42,203 nucleotides of DNA from Candidatus Limnocylindrales bacterium (GCA_035257225.1 DATEXG010000074.1:1-42203); one strand, 5' to 3'; shown: positions 17,057 through 27,145, counted from the stretch's first letter. The notes: generated by a model not told the origin, from the letters alone. Numbers and translations: made by a program.

Positions 17057-18727
17057 TCAGGCCACGTCCCGCCGCCGCATCCCCAGCCCGCCCAGCAATA
17101 ATCCGCCGACGGCGAGCGCCAGGCAGGCGGCCACGCCGTACCAGTCCCAGATTCCGACCATCGGCAGTCCCAGGTGGCTGGTCAGCGCGAGCGAGTTGAA
17201 CCAGTCAGGGAGCTTGAGGGCGGGACCGAGAAAGTCGATCAGGAACGTGGCTATGGCGAAGAGGGCCGCGATCTCGGCCGCGAGCGACGTCCGCCACCAA
17301 CCGCCAACGGCAAGACCGACTCCGGCCACGGCGGCCGCCCAGAACGCGAGGCTCAGCGCTCCGAACGCCGGAGTGAGGACATCTCCGCCCGCGAACAGAA
17401 CGCCGGCGGAGACCCCCGCGATTGCCAGACCGGTCATCACGAGTATGGCGGCGAAGATCCCCAGGCCGCCCGTGATCGCCCATCTGGCTCGGGTCATCGG
17501 CGTGGTGATGAGCATCTCCAACTGCCGGTTGCGTTCCTCTGACGCCCATCCGGAAACCAGTGTGGCCGCGCCAAGGCCCGCGACGATATAGGCGATATAG
17601 GCGAACATCAGCTGCAGGAAGCCGCTGGCGCTAGCGATGTCGTACTTGGGGAAGACGCTGGTCAGGACATTCTTGAACTCGCCAAGGCCATTCAGCTCGC
17701 TTGCGAAGGACGCGCTCGAACCTGCGATCAGTCCGGCGTAGATCGCCAGGCCGATACCCCAGGCGATGCCCAGGGGAAGACGCTCGCCAAAGGCCCGCCG
17801 CGTGGGTCCGGTCGTTCCAAGTAGCGTGCCGGGCATTGCAGGAACCGGGATCGCGCTGGCGAACCCGAGGTCTCGACGCTGGAAGGCCTCGATCCCTACG
17901 ACCAGGAGAACCATCGCCAGAATTGCTACCGGGATGAGCGTGGGCCAGTCGGAGTGGCCGGCCAGCGGAACGTCGTTGTAGGTCCAGGAGAAGGGCGTAA
18001 GCAGTGCAATCGGCTGGAGTCCCGGCAGGACCGTCTGGTAGCCGCTGACCACGTAGCCCGCCAGCAAGTAGGCGCCGGCGACCCCCGCGGCGCTAGCTCG
18101 ACCCAGGAACGGCGCGAGCGCCCAGGCGACCGAGCCGCAGGCAAGCCCGATGAGTCCGAGCCACAGCGCGAAGCCGATCGCGTCGGACAGGGCGAGGTGA
18201 TCCTGCGGGTAGACCGCGAAGGCGGCCGAGCTGATTGCGGTCACGATCGCCAGCGCGACCATGATGGCGAACATGCCGGTGACGTGCGCGGCGAGCTTCT
18301 CGATCGCGAGGCGCCGCTTGCCGAACGGAGAAGCGGCCACTATGTCCAGGCTGCCCCTGCGGGCTTCCGCGGCGAGGGTCCCGGACAGGGCGAGAATGGA
18401 CCACAGTCCCACGACGATGGCGAAGAAGGGGCCGTATTTCCAGGAGATGTAGCCGCCGATGCGGTCGATGTTGATCGGGTTGCCGCCCATGCCCTTGAGA
18501 ATGGGCGGGAGGTCTTCGATGAGCTTGGCACCCTGGCTGCGGTCCGGGATCGCCAGCGGGATGGCAAACCAGCCATAGACCATGAAGCCGAGAACCATCC
18601 CGGCGACGATGATCACCGCCAGCCGGGAATCTCGGAGCGTCTTGGCGTAGACGCTGCCGAATCCGTAGAAGCGGCTCCAGAGCGAAGCCGGGCTTCGAGC
18701 CGGCAGAGGCGCGGCTTGCGTAGCCAT
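17057..18727 (-). CDS. ABC-2 type exporter permease (large, about 12 TMS)
   Basis: Highly hydrophobic 556-aa protein with repeated six-helix halves. Its ATG shares one base with the stop of the upstream ATPase (TGATG). Confidence 0.8.
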   Translation of the reverse strand: MATQAAPLPARSPASLWSRFYGFGSVYAKTLRDSRLAVIIVAGMVLGFMVYGWFAIPLAIPDRSQGAKLIEDLPPILKGMGGNPINIDRIGGYISWKYGPFFAIVVGLWSILALSGTLAAEARRGSLDIVAASPFGKRRLAIEKLAAHVTGMFAIMVALAIVTAISSAAFAVYPQDHLALSDAIGFALWLGLIGLACGSVAWALAPFLGRASAAGVAGAYLLAGYVVSGYQTVLPGLQPIALLTPFSWTYNDVPLAGHSDWPTLIPVAILAMVLLVVGIEAFQRRDLGFASAIPVPAMPGTLLGTTGPTRRAFGERLPLGIAWGIGLAIYAGLIAGSSASFASELNGLGEFKNVLTSVFPKYDIASASGFLQLMFAYIAYIVAGLGAATLVSGWASEERNRQLEMLITTPMTRARWAITGGLGIFAAILVMTGLAIAGVSAGVLFAGGDVLTPAFGALSLAFWAAAVAGVGLAVGGWWRTSLAAEIAALFAIATFLIDFLGPALKLPDWFNSLALTSHLGLPMVGIWDWYGVAACLALAVGGLLLGGLGMRRRDVA

Positions 18728-19656
18728 CAATTCACCTCGCCGGCAGGAGCCTCGCTCGCAGGAGCCTCGGCCGACTCGCGGCCGTACTGGGCCAGGAACG
18801 TCTCTTCGAGGCTTGGCTCACGACTCAGAAAATCAGTCACTCCCAGGCGGGCCGCGGCCTGAACGACCGGGGTGATCGGGCCGAAGACGCGCAGCCGGAG
18901 CAGGTGGTCCTCCACGGCCAGGTCGCTTACGCCGGCCAGCTTCTTGAACTCGTCGACTGGGGGCTCGCCGGCGAAGCGCAGCTCGACCTGGTGGTGGGCC
19001 AGATCTCGCAGGGCGTCGACTCGATCCACCTGAACCAGGCGCCCCTCGCGGATGATCGCCACTCGGTCGCAGCTCCGCTCCACCTCCGACAGGATGTGGC
19101 TCGAGAGGAAGACGGTGGCGCCGTCCTTGATCCGCTCGCGGAGCAGCTCGAAGAAGGTCTGCTGGACGAGTGGGTCGAGACCGGCCGTGGGCTCGTCGAG
19201 CATCAACAGTTCGGGCTTGTGCTGCAGCGCCGCGACCAGCCCGACCTTCTGCTTGTTGCCCTTGGAGTACTCGCGGAAGCGCCGGCTCGGGTCGAGATCG
19301 AAGCGCTCGATCAGCTCGGCCTGGTAGGCCCGATCGACGCCGCCGCGCAGGTTGCCGAAATACTCGAGCGTCTGCCGGCCGGTCAATCGGTCATATAGGG
19401 CGAACTCACCGGGCAGGTAGCCGATGCGGCGGTGGATCGCCGTCGGGTCGACCGACGACTCGATGTCGAACACGTAGGCCTTGCCACTTGTGGGCCTGAT
19501 CAGGTCGAGCAGGACTCGAATGGTCGTTGTCTTGCCGGCGCCATTCGGCCCCAGGAAGCCGAACACCTCGCCCCGTTGGACTTCGAGATCGACGTCGACG
19601 ATCCCGCGGTGCGATCCGTAGGACTTGGTGAGCTTCTCGGTGCGAATGATCGCCAT
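18727..19656 (-). CDS. ABC transporter ATP-binding protein (ABC-2 subfamily)
   Basis: Walker A GPNGAGKTT, signature YSKGNKQKV, Walker B LLMLDEPTAGLD, H-loop SSHIL. I prefer ATG 19656 (MAIIRTEKLTKSYG) with a GGGAGGG SD. Confidence 0.92.
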   Translation of the reverse strand: MAIIRTEKLTKSYGSHRGIVDVDLEVQRGEVFGFLGPNGAGKTTTIRVLLDLIRPTSGKAYVFDIESSVDPTAIHRRIGYLPGEFALYDRLTGRQTLEYFGNLRGGVDRAYQAELIERFDLDPSRRFREYSKGNKQKVGLVAALQHKPELLMLDEPTAGLDPLVQQTFFELLRERIKDGATVFLSSHILSEVERSCDRVAIIREGRLVQVDRVDALRDLAHHQVELRFAGEPPVDEFKKLAGVSDLAVEDHLLRLRVFGPITPVVQAAARLGVTDFLSREPSLEETFLAQYGRESAEAPASEAPAGEVN

Positions 19657-19840
19657 CACGCAGCGCCCTCCCGAAATCGTGTGCACGGCAGCGAGGCCGC
19701 GTCCGTCACCAGCGCGGCCCGCGAAACCAACCCTCGCCCCGACCTGGGCTTTGAGGCGAGCATTCGATTTGGCGCCGGCCGTTATCGAAGATTCTCGCCG
19801 TTTCGACCAATCGGTCAACCGTTGGCACCACCCCGGAAGC

Positions 19841-19885
19841 GGGAAACAGAAACGGCCGCTGCCCGCCTCATCGATGAGGCAGCGG
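19841..19885 (-). terminator. Rho-independent terminator candidate after the 19919..20500 lipoprotein gene
   Basis: 8-bp stem CCGCTGCC / GGCAGCGG (19856-19863 / 19878-19885). On the minus strand it is followed by CCGTTTCTGTTTCCC. Confidence 0.5.
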
Positions 19886-19918
19886 CAACGGCCGCGGAGC
19901 TCTTGTGGAGTTGGGCCG

Positions 19919-20500
19919 CTAGATTCGCCCCACGATCAGCTGGGCGAGCGACTTGTCGGCGGCCATTACCTTGTCGTTGGATGCGCCCGAGAGCATCACG
20001 TCAACCGTAAAGGTCGTCGAGCCCTTCCTCACGTGCAAGTTGACGAAGCCCATTCCCAGGTCGACGAAGTAAGCCTCGTCGCCCAGTCCGGGAACCGGAG
20101 TCACGGTGATCCCGGCGCCGGCTTTGTGCGACTGGTTGAAGGTGCTCACATCGATGACTGCGACGTCTACGGCGTCGGTCGAGACGATCTTGCTCGGATC
20201 GTTGCCGCTCCAGAGGCAGCTACTCGCGCCGGCCGCGGCCTGCTTGCCCGGGTCGACCGGCTCGCCGAGTGCGGCGGCCGCCTCGGCCTGAGTGATCAGC
20301 GTGCATGGGTCGACGGCGGCGCCGGCCTGGCTGGTGGACTGTTGAGCGGCGACGCTCGGGCCGGCAGGCTGATCGCTTGCGGCCGGGGTGGTCACGGCAG
20401 CCGGGGTGCCTTGAGCCACGGGGCTGGACGTGGCCGCGGAGGTCCCGCAGCCGGCGACGATCAGGATCGAGATACACGCGCCAAATAGCGCACGGCGCAT
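19919..20500 (-). CDS. Lipoprotein, DUF3558-like
   Basis: MRRALFGACISILIVAGCGT (lipobox) and an Ala/Pro/Thr linker. The motif DPCTLITQAEAAAALG with paired Cys residues resembles actinobacterial DUF3558 lipoproteins. GGGAG SD. Confidence 0.7.
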   Translation of the reverse strand: MRRALFGACISILIVAGCGTSAATSSPVAQGTPAAVTTPAASDQPAGPSVAAQQSTSQAGAAVDPCTLITQAEAAAALGEPVDPGKQAAAGASSCLWSGNDPSKIVSTDAVDVAVIDVSTFNQSHKAGAGITVTPVPGLGDEAYFVDLGMGFVNLHVRKGSTTFTVDVMLSGASNDKVMAADKSLAQLIVGRI

Positions 20501-20718
20501 CAGATTCTCCCTTGTTGTATTGCAGCTAACTGGAGCGAGCCTAGGCCCTGAGGTCACCCAAAAGGGCAGGAAGCTAACCTGTGCCATCGGGTAGGACGCC
20601 GGCCTCGCACCATGAGACATCCGCCCTCGCCTTCCCGCGGGTCGGCAGCCCCGAGCCGCCCGGCACCAGACCCGAGACCGGGCGCAGACCGCGACCCCGG
20701 CCGCCGATACCTAGTCGG

Positions 20719-21528
20719 ATGGTGGCGACACATCGATTCCGCGTTACCGCCGCGCTCGGACTCGCGGCCTGCACAGCCCTTTTCGCGCTGGGGGGCTGTG
20801 GAACCGTCGCGGGCCCGACATGCTCTGACTCCGGGCCCGCCACGTGCGTCCGCGTCCTCTTCCTCGGCAACAGCTACACGTACGTCAACGACCTGCCCGG
20901 CACCTTCGCCCAACTGTCGCAGTCGGGCGGCCATCCCGTGCAGGTCGCGATGGTCGCCAACGGCGGGGAGACGCTGGCCGAGCACTCCGTCTCGTCCGAC
21001 TCGATGAAGGAGCTCAGCTCGCAAAGCTGGAACTTCGTGGTCCTGCAGGAGCAGAGTGAGATCCCGTCCGTCGCCGGCTCGCGGAGCGCGTCGATGTATC
21101 CGGCCGCTCGGACGCTGGTAGACCGAATCGAGGCGGGCCGCGCCACGCCTCTCTTCTTCATGACCTGGGCCCATCGTGACGGCCTGCCGGCCTCTGGCAT
21201 GCCCGGCTACGAGAGGATGCAACTGGCCATCGAGGACGGCTATCAGGGGATCGCCAGAGAGCTCGGCGTCCCGGTCGCACCCGTCGGCTACGCCTGGTTC
21301 GTCGTTCGACGAGCGCATCCGGAGATAGGGCTGTGGCAGGACGACGGCAGCCATCCGACCGCGGCCGGCACCTACCTGGCCGCTTGCGTGTTCTATGCCG
21401 CGATCTTCCGCCAGAGCCCCGAAGGGCTGGCGTTCGAAGGCGGTCTGGCCGAAGCCCAGGCACGCGTCCTCCAGGCGGAGGCGGGTCGGAGCGTCCTGGA
21501 TCTCCAGGCCCAGTGGGGTCTGCGCTGA
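20719..21528 (+). CDS. SGNH/GDSL-like hydrolase lipoprotein
   Basis: Signal peptide with LGGC lipobox. VLFLGNSYTYVNDLP (nucleophile Ser block) and DDGSHPT (Asp-x-x-His block). Confidence 0.72.
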   Translation: MVATHRFRVTAALGLAACTALFALGGCGTVAGPTCSDSGPATCVRVLFLGNSYTYVNDLPGTFAQLSQSGGHPVQVAMVANGGETLAEHSVSSDSMKELSSQSWNFVVLQEQSEIPSVAGSRSASMYPAARTLVDRIEAGRATPLFFMTWAHRDGLPASGMPGYERMQLAIEDGYQGIARELGVPVAPVGYAWFVVRRAHPEIGLWQDDGSHPTAAGTYLAACVFYAAIFRQSPEGLAFEGGLAEAQARVLQAEAGRSVLDLQAQWGLR

Positions 21529-21742
21529 CGACCCCTAACGACGCCGGACTCCAGTGGCAGAGCTGGGGCGGGTGCGTCGCGCCATCGATGTTGAGGTGAC
21601 GGGACTCCCCGACCGTACCTCCCGTGCCTCGCCAATACCACATGCTCAACCGGTTCGAATCGAGTAGGGTCTTGCGGCTTACTCGGGCGTGGACGGCGTG
21701 TCGTAGTCTGGGCACGCAAGTCGCCCATTCTGGGAGGAACCG

Positions 21743-22759
21743 ATGACGACGCCGGCGACCCCAACGAGTCGCGCCGCCTCACTTGAATTCCGCGGCGTCA
21801 CCAAACGCTACGGCTCCGGCGAAGAGTCCACGGGCGCCGTCAACGACCTGTCCTTCACGGTCCCCGCCGGAACAATCTGCGTCCTGGTGGGGCCGTCTGG
21901 CTGCGGCAAGACGACCAGCCTCAAGATGGTCAACCGCCTAATCGAGCCAAGCGGCGGCCAGATCCTGCTCGACGGCTCGGATGTCACGAGCGAAGACGTC
22001 ACGGCGCTGCGGCGGCGAATCGGCTACGTCATCCAGCAGGTGGGGTTGTTCCCGCACCTCACGATCGGCCGAAACGTGGCCGTGGTCCCGGCGCTCATGG
22101 GCTGGACCAAAGAACGCCAGCAGGCCCGAACGGACGAGCTCCTCTCATTGGTGGGCCTCGAGCCGGGGCGCTACCGGAACCGCTACCCCTCCCAACTCTC
22201 CGGCGGGGAGCGCCAGCGCGTTGGCGTGGCCCGAGCCCTCGCCGCCGATCCGCCGCTGATGCTCATGGACGAGCCCTTTGCCGCGGTCGATCCGATCGTT
22301 CGCCAGCGCCTTCAGGACGAGTTCCTGCGCCTGCAGCGCGCGCTGGCCAAAACGATCCTCTTCGTCACCCACGACGTCGACGAGGCCATCAAGATGGGCG
22401 ACCTGATTGCCGTCATGGAGGAGGGCGGTCGCCTTGCCCAGTTCGGGCCGCCGGAGGAGATCCTGGCCCATCCGGCCTCCGATTTCGTGGCCCGCTTCGT
22501 GGGTCAGGATCGCGGGCTCAAGCGGCTCTCCCTGAGCACGATAGCGGACCTGCGGACGGAGCCGCTCGGCCGGCGCGAAGGTCTGCCCACGTTCTCACCA
22601 GATACCACGCTCCGCGACGCCCTTTCGATCCTGCTGGTCGCCGACACAAGGGGCGGCGTCGCACTCGACGAGGCCGGCCAGCCGCGCGGTCTGGTGACCG
22701 TCGACGCGATCGCAAGCGCGCTGGCAGACGATGGACCCCGCGGGGCAGCCCGAGCATGA
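21743..22759 (+). CDS. Osmoprotectant (glycine betaine/choline/carnitine type) ABC transporter ATP-binding protein with C-terminal CBS-like region
   Basis: GPSGCGKTT, LSGGERQRVGVARAL, LMLMDEPFAAVDP, plus the OpuCA/ProV-like tail. GGGAGG SD. Confidence 0.9.
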   Translation: MTTPATPTSRAASLEFRGVTKRYGSGEESTGAVNDLSFTVPAGTICVLVGPSGCGKTTSLKMVNRLIEPSGGQILLDGSDVTSEDVTALRRRIGYVIQQVGLFPHLTIGRNVAVVPALMGWTKERQQARTDELLSLVGLEPGRYRNRYPSQLSGGERQRVGVARALAADPPLMLMDEPFAAVDPIVRQRLQDEFLRLQRALAKTILFVTHDVDEAIKMGDLIAVMEEGGRLAQFGPPEEILAHPASDFVARFVGQDRGLKRLSLSTIADLRTEPLGRREGLPTFSPDTTLRDALSILLVADTRGGVALDEAGQPRGLVTVDAIASALADDGPRGAARA

Positions 22760-23421
22760 ACGGCGAGCCGCTCGTCCGCTGGGACTGGGTGTGGGCCCAC
22801 CTCGGACCCATCGCCGATCGAATCGGCCAGCACCTGTACCTGGCCGCCATAGCGGTGGGTGTCGGCTTCGTCATCTCATTCGCGCTCGCGGCGGTCTCGA
22901 TCAGGCGGCGGAAGCTCTACCCAGCGGTCGTCGTAATCTCGACGGTCGCATATACGATCCCGAGCTTCGCTCTCTTCGCGGCGCTGGCCGCGATCTCCCT
23001 TTCAGTCTGGACCGCCGAGGTGCCCCTGATCCTGTACACCTTCATCCTGCTCGTCCCGAACATCGTCGCCGGCTTCGATGCCGTGCCCTGGGACGTGCTC
23101 GATGCGGCCGACGGTCTGGGCTTCACGCCGTGGCAGCGGTGGCGGCAGGTCGAGCTGCCCCTAGCCGTACCGCTGGTCGTGGCCGGCCTCCGGCTTGCCA
23201 CTGTTTCGACCATCGGCCTGGTCACCATCTCGGCGATCCTCGGCGACAGATTCGGCGGCCTGGGCTATTACATCCTGGACGGCTACCACCGTACCTTCAC
23301 GACCGAGATCCTCGTTGGCGGCCTGCTCTCGATCGGGTTGGCCGTGGTGGCGGATCTGGGCTTCGTCCTCCTGCAGCGGCTGCTGACGCCGTGGGCGGCG
23401 GCCCGAGCGGGTTCCCGCTGA
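22756..23421 (+). CDS. Osmoprotectant ABC transporter permease
   Basis: BPD-type permease with an EAA-like loop (DAADGLGFTPWQRWRQVELPLA). ATGA overlap with the ATPase gene. Confidence 0.9.
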   Translation: MNGEPLVRWDWVWAHLGPIADRIGQHLYLAAIAVGVGFVISFALAAVSIRRRKLYPAVVVISTVAYTIPSFALFAALAAISLSVWTAEVPLILYTFILLVPNIVAGFDAVPWDVLDAADGLGFTPWQRWRQVELPLAVPLVVAGLRLATVSTIGLVTISAILGDRFGGLGYYILDGYHRTFTTEILVGGLLSIGLAVVADLGFVLLQRLLTPWAAARAGSR

Positions 23422-24116
23422 TGGACCTGCTGACGGCCACGGCCCAATGGCTGGCCGATCCCATGAACTGGCAGGGGCCCGGCGGGATCCCGGCCAGGTT
23501 GTCCGAGCACGTCGCCTTGAGTGGCGCTTCGCTTCTGCTGGCGGCAGTCGTCGCCATGCCTCTGGGGCTGTGGATCGGCCACACCGGGCGCTTCTCGTGG
23601 CTGGTCGTGAGCTCAGCCAATGCCTGGCGCGCGCTGCCGTCGTTCGCGGTCATCGGGCTGCTCGTGCCGTTCCTGACGCCGATCGACCGCAACCTCGGCT
23701 TCACGCTGTATCCGACGCTCGTCGCTATGATCGTGCTCGCCGGGCCGCCGCTCCTGGTCAACTCCTATCAGGGCATCGCGGGAGTGGATCGCGATCTCGT
23801 GGAGGCCGCCCGGGCCATGGGTATGCGGGAGCGCCAGATCCTGCTCGGCCTGGAGATCCCGATCGCCCTGCCGGTGATCGCGACGGGGATGCGGTCCGCG
23901 GCGGTCCAGGTGGTGGCGACCGCCACTCTCGGGGCCACGTTCGGGTTCGGGGGCCTGGGGCGCTACATCGTGCTGGGCGACGCCAATCACGACAACGGCG
24001 AGCTGTTCGGCGGCGTCGTGCTCGTGGCGGCGCTGGCACTGACCACCCTGGCCCTCTTCCTGCTCATCGAACGGCGCCTCGTTTCGCCGGGCCTTTCGAG
24101 CCGGACCGCAGGCTGA
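23421..24116 (+). CDS. Osmoprotectant ABC transporter permease (second subunit)
   Basis: In-frame ATG at 23421 within track ORF 22731..24116, overlapping the previous stop by 1 nt. EAARAMGMRERQILLGLEIPIALP loop. Confidence 0.9.
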   Translation: MDLLTATAQWLADPMNWQGPGGIPARLSEHVALSGASLLLAAVVAMPLGLWIGHTGRFSWLVVSSANAWRALPSFAVIGLLVPFLTPIDRNLGFTLYPTLVAMIVLAGPPLLVNSYQGIAGVDRDLVEAARAMGMRERQILLGLEIPIALPVIATGMRSAAVQVVATATLGATFGFGGLGRYIVLGDANHDNGELFGGVVLVAALALTTLALFLLIERRLVSPGLSSRTAG

Positions 24117-24257
24117 GCCGGCCTACCAGCCCGACCCGCCAGGCGGTTCAGCAGGCGGTCGTTCCCTCGGTCACTCGATCGTCGCCCCCTATAGTCGGAG
24201 GACGTCAGTAGCGGCCCGCTCCATGGGTTTGCGCGACAGGTACAGGAGGTGACCCAA

Positions 24258-25175
24258 ATGCGGCTAACCCGCATGCTCGCCCTCGGGGCGTCGATGCTGG
24301 TGCTGTTGAGCGCCTGCTCGACGGGTGGGGGCAGCCCATCGCCGGCCAAGACCACAGTCAAGATCGGTTCCGACGGGTTCTACGAGTCCAAGCTGATGGC
24401 GGAGATCTACGGCCAGGCCCTGGAGGCCAAGGGCTATGCCGTCGATCGAACGGCCATCGGTCTCGGCACCCGCAAGGTGACCGCGGCCGCTCTCGAGAGC
24501 GGCCAGTTCGACCTCAAGCCGGAGTACATCGGCAGCGGCCTGGCCTACTACGATCCGACCAAGACGACCGGCGACCCAGCCGCGAACGCCTCGGCACTCC
24601 AGACGATCCTGACCGGCAAGGGCGGAGGGATCACGGTTCTCAACTACTCGCCCGCGGCAGACCAGAACGCGTTCGTCGTGACCAAGGCGACGGCCGACAA
24701 GCTTCACCTCGCCACGCTGAGCGACACGACGGCCGCCGCTTCCCAGCTCAAGTTCGGCGTCGCAACCGACTGCGCGACGAACCCGGTCTGCGCGGCGGCT
24801 CTCAAGGCCGCCTACGGGCTCGATCTCTCGACAGCCCTGCCACTCTCGGCGTGCGACCAGCCGATGGTCGACGCGCTGACGGCGGGGACGATCGACGTCG
24901 GTGAACTGTGCTCCACTCAGCCCGACATCGCGAAGAACGGCTGGGTAGTCCTGACCGACGACAAGCACACCCAACCGGCGGACAACATCGCCCCGCTCGT
25001 TCGGAACGACTTGCTTGCAAAGGTGGACAAGACCGGCTTCGAGGCGATCCTCAACGACATCTCGGCCAAGATGACGACGGGCGATCTCACCAAGCTCAAC
25101 GCGGAGTTCGTCTTCGACAAGAAGGACATAGCCGCGATCGCGACGGAGTGGCTGAAGACCAACGGCTTCGTCTGA
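24258..25175 (+). CDS. Glycine betaine/osmoprotectant ABC transporter substrate-binding lipoprotein
   Basis: AGGAGG 8 nt before ATG 24258. Signal peptide with LLSAC lipobox. IGSDGFYESKLMAEIYGQALEAKGY is typical of the OpuAC/OpuCC binding-protein family. Confidence 0.9.
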   Translation: MRLTRMLALGASMLVLLSACSTGGGSPSPAKTTVKIGSDGFYESKLMAEIYGQALEAKGYAVDRTAIGLGTRKVTAAALESGQFDLKPEYIGSGLAYYDPTKTTGDPAANASALQTILTGKGGGITVLNYSPAADQNAFVVTKATADKLHLATLSDTTAAASQLKFGVATDCATNPVCAAALKAAYGLDLSTALPLSACDQPMVDALTAGTIDVGELCSTQPDIAKNGWVVLTDDKHTQPADNIAPLVRNDLLAKVDKTGFEAILNDISAKMTTGDLTKLNAEFVFDKKDIAAIATEWLKTNGFV

Positions 25176-25195
25176 TCGATACCGCGCAACTAGCA

Positions 25196-25227
25196 CAGAT
25201 GCCCCGCCTTCACCGGCGGGGCATCTG
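25196..25227. terminator. Hairpin terminator between the osmoprotectant operon (+) and the MFS gene (-)
   Basis: Perfect 13-bp stem CAGATGCCCCGCC / GGCGGGGCATCTG with a 6-nt loop, followed by CTCTTCC. Confidence 0.65.
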
Positions 25228-25268
25228 CTCTTCCGGCGCTGCGGGCGTCGCCCGTTTCCGGTCGCTCG

Positions 25269-26810
25269 TCAGGTGCGCTCCGGGTCGCGGATGCCCAGGG
25301 CGTTGATCGCGGCCCCAGCCAGCAGAAGTCCGGAAGCCAGACCCATCGCCAGGTGGAACGAATCCGTGGAAGCCTCGCGAGCCGCGGCGGCAGTCGCGGG
25401 CTCGACCGACGGATCCGGCCTGTTCAGCGGCGGGATCTCCCGGCGTATCTGCGGCGACGACGTGTCGAGACCGGGGACTCTGCTCGAGAGATCGGCGTAG
25501 AAGGCGCCGGTGATCGCGACGAAGATCAGCGCTCCGGCGAGCTGCGGACCCACTCGTGAGATGGCGTTGTTGACCGCCGACCCCAGACCCGCCCGAGCCT
25601 CCGGTATCGAAGCCATCAGTGCAGTGGTAAGCGGCGTCACGGTGATGGCGATCCCCAGCCCGAAGAGCAGCGTGGCGGGCAGGAAGTCCACCAGATAGCC
25701 GCTCGACGGCAGCCAGCTGGCCGGGTCGCCGGGCTGAAGGTTCCAGGCCTTGCTACCGGCGGGCATCCGTGTGAGCCACAGGATTCCGCAGCCCATCAGG
25801 GCGGGACCGATCGTCATGAATCGGCGGAACCCAAACCGCGCGGACAACGCGCCCATTCGCGGCGACAGCACAATCAGCAGGAGCGCGCCCGGGACGCCGA
25901 TCAGGCCGGCTGCGGCCGCGGAGTACTCGAGTGTCCCCTGGCTGAAGATCGATTGCTGGTAGCCGACGACGTACAGGGCTCCGTAGATCACGAAAGTCGA
26001 AAGGTTCACCACTGCGAAGTTGCGCGATCGGAAGAGCCCGAGCGGGACGAGGGGATGGCTGCCGCGAGCCATATGGATGATGAAGACGACGGCCGCGATC
26101 GCGCCCACGAGCAGCGCCACCGGGCCGACGGCGTCACTCCAGTCGTGCTGCTGGCCGTAGATCGCCCCGAACGACAACCCGCCCACCGCCACGGCAACGA
26201 CTACCGCGCCGGCCCAGTCGAAGGTTCGGTCCGCGTCCGGGTCGCGGCTCTCCAGGACGTAGTGCCACGTGGCCCACAACGCCAGCGCGATCAGCGGCAC
26301 GTTCAGGAAGAAGACCGCCCGCCACGAGATCGTCTCAACGAGCACGCCGCCCACGAACGGCCCGAGGATCGAAGTCGCCGCGGATGCTGCGGCCCACAGA
26401 CCGAAGGCGCGGCCTCGTTCGGCGCCCTGGAACGTGGCCGTCAGCAGCGCCAGCGAGCCCGGCACGAGCAGAGCCCCGGCCGCTCCCTGGACTATCCGGA
26501 ACAGGATCAGCGTCTCGATGTTCGGCGCCAGGCCGCACAGCACCGACGCGATTCCGAACCCAACCAGTCCGATCACGAACAGGCGGCGGCGACCATAGAC
26601 ATCGGCCAGGGCACCCGCCAGGATCAGCAATGCGCTCAGGCTCAGCAAGTAGCCGTTGTATACGTACGACTGGCCCTCTAGAACGCCGAAGAAACCGCTC
26701 GGTAGGTCCTGCCCGATCCGCTGCAGGGCCACGTTGACGACTGTCGAGTCGAGGAAGACGACTGCCGTGCCGAGGATGGCTGCGAACAGTGTCCCGGTCC
26801 GGCGATTCAC
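25269..26810 (-). CDS. MFS transporter, DHA2 (EmrB/QacA, 14-TMS) family, paralogue of 11003..12661
   Basis: FLDSTVVNVALQRIGQDL, ADVYGRRRLF, and about 14 hydrophobic spans. GTG start at 26810. Confidence 0.9.
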   Translation of the reverse strand: MNRRTGTLFAAILGTAVVFLDSTVVNVALQRIGQDLPSGFFGVLEGQSYVYNGYLLSLSALLILAGALADVYGRRRLFVIGLVGFGIASVLCGLAPNIETLILFRIVQGAAGALLVPGSLALLTATFQGAERGRAFGLWAAASAATSILGPFVGGVLVETISWRAVFFLNVPLIALALWATWHYVLESRDPDADRTFDWAGAVVVAVAVGGLSFGAIYGQQHDWSDAVGPVALLVGAIAAVVFIIHMARGSHPLVPLGLFRSRNFAVVNLSTFVIYGALYVVGYQQSIFSQGTLEYSAAAAGLIGVPGALLLIVLSPRMGALSARFGFRRFMTIGPALMGCGILWLTRMPAGSKAWNLQPGDPASWLPSSGYLVDFLPATLLFGLGIAITVTPLTTALMASIPEARAGLGSAVNNAISRVGPQLAGALIFVAITGAFYADLSSRVPGLDTSSPQIRREIPPLNRPDPSVEPATAAAAREASTDSFHLAMGLASGLLLAGAAINALGIRDPERT

Positions 26811-26923
26811 GTCGTTGGTGCGGTCGAGGGAGCGGGCGGCTCAGCGGTCGAAAGGGCCGCGGCGCCGGCGATGAGCCCGACGTCCTTGCGCAGATGGGCG
26901 CGCTCCGCCGGCGCGAGCGTCAT
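26807..26923 (-). CDS. Candidate 38-codon upstream ORF, translationally coupled to the MFS gene
   Basis: ATG 26923 is preceded by GGAGGG (9-nt spacing). It encodes MTLAPAERAHLRKDVGLIAGAAALSTAEPPAPSTAPTT. 32 of 38 third positions are G/C. Its TGA overlaps the MFS GTG as GTGA. It falls below the length cutoff of the ORF track. Confidence 0.35.
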   Translation of the reverse strand: MTLAPAERAHLRKDVGLIAGAAALSTAEPPAPSTAPTT

Positions 26924-27145
26924 ACGCGCTGCCCTCCAACTGTGGCCCGGGTCGACTCCGGGGTGACCGGATGCTGATGCCGTGCCGAAGGCGTGTCAAC
27001 GGATGTCGCGGGGGTCGCGCCAGGCGCAGACCGATCTCGAAAACGGGAACGAGGGACAGGGAATCGGTCTGGGCGCGGTCGCCGGTACACCATGTTCTCA
27101 AGCCCCGAACCGGCGAGACTGCCGGTCGCCACCAGGGATCCCAGG

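Noticed and set aside
21529-21742. 214-nt leader of the osmoprotectant ABC operon, considered as a c-di-AMP (ydaO-type) riboswitch; it also contains a GGTTCGAATC string resembling a tRNA T-loop
   Set aside because: I could not find the conserved ydaO blocks as I remember them (GGGGACCCA-like, GGGGUGAAUC-like, AGCUAACCUCGUAAGC-like). The bases flanking TTCGAAT cannot form a 5-bp T-stem, and there is no acceptor or anticodon arm. A cmscan would settle it.
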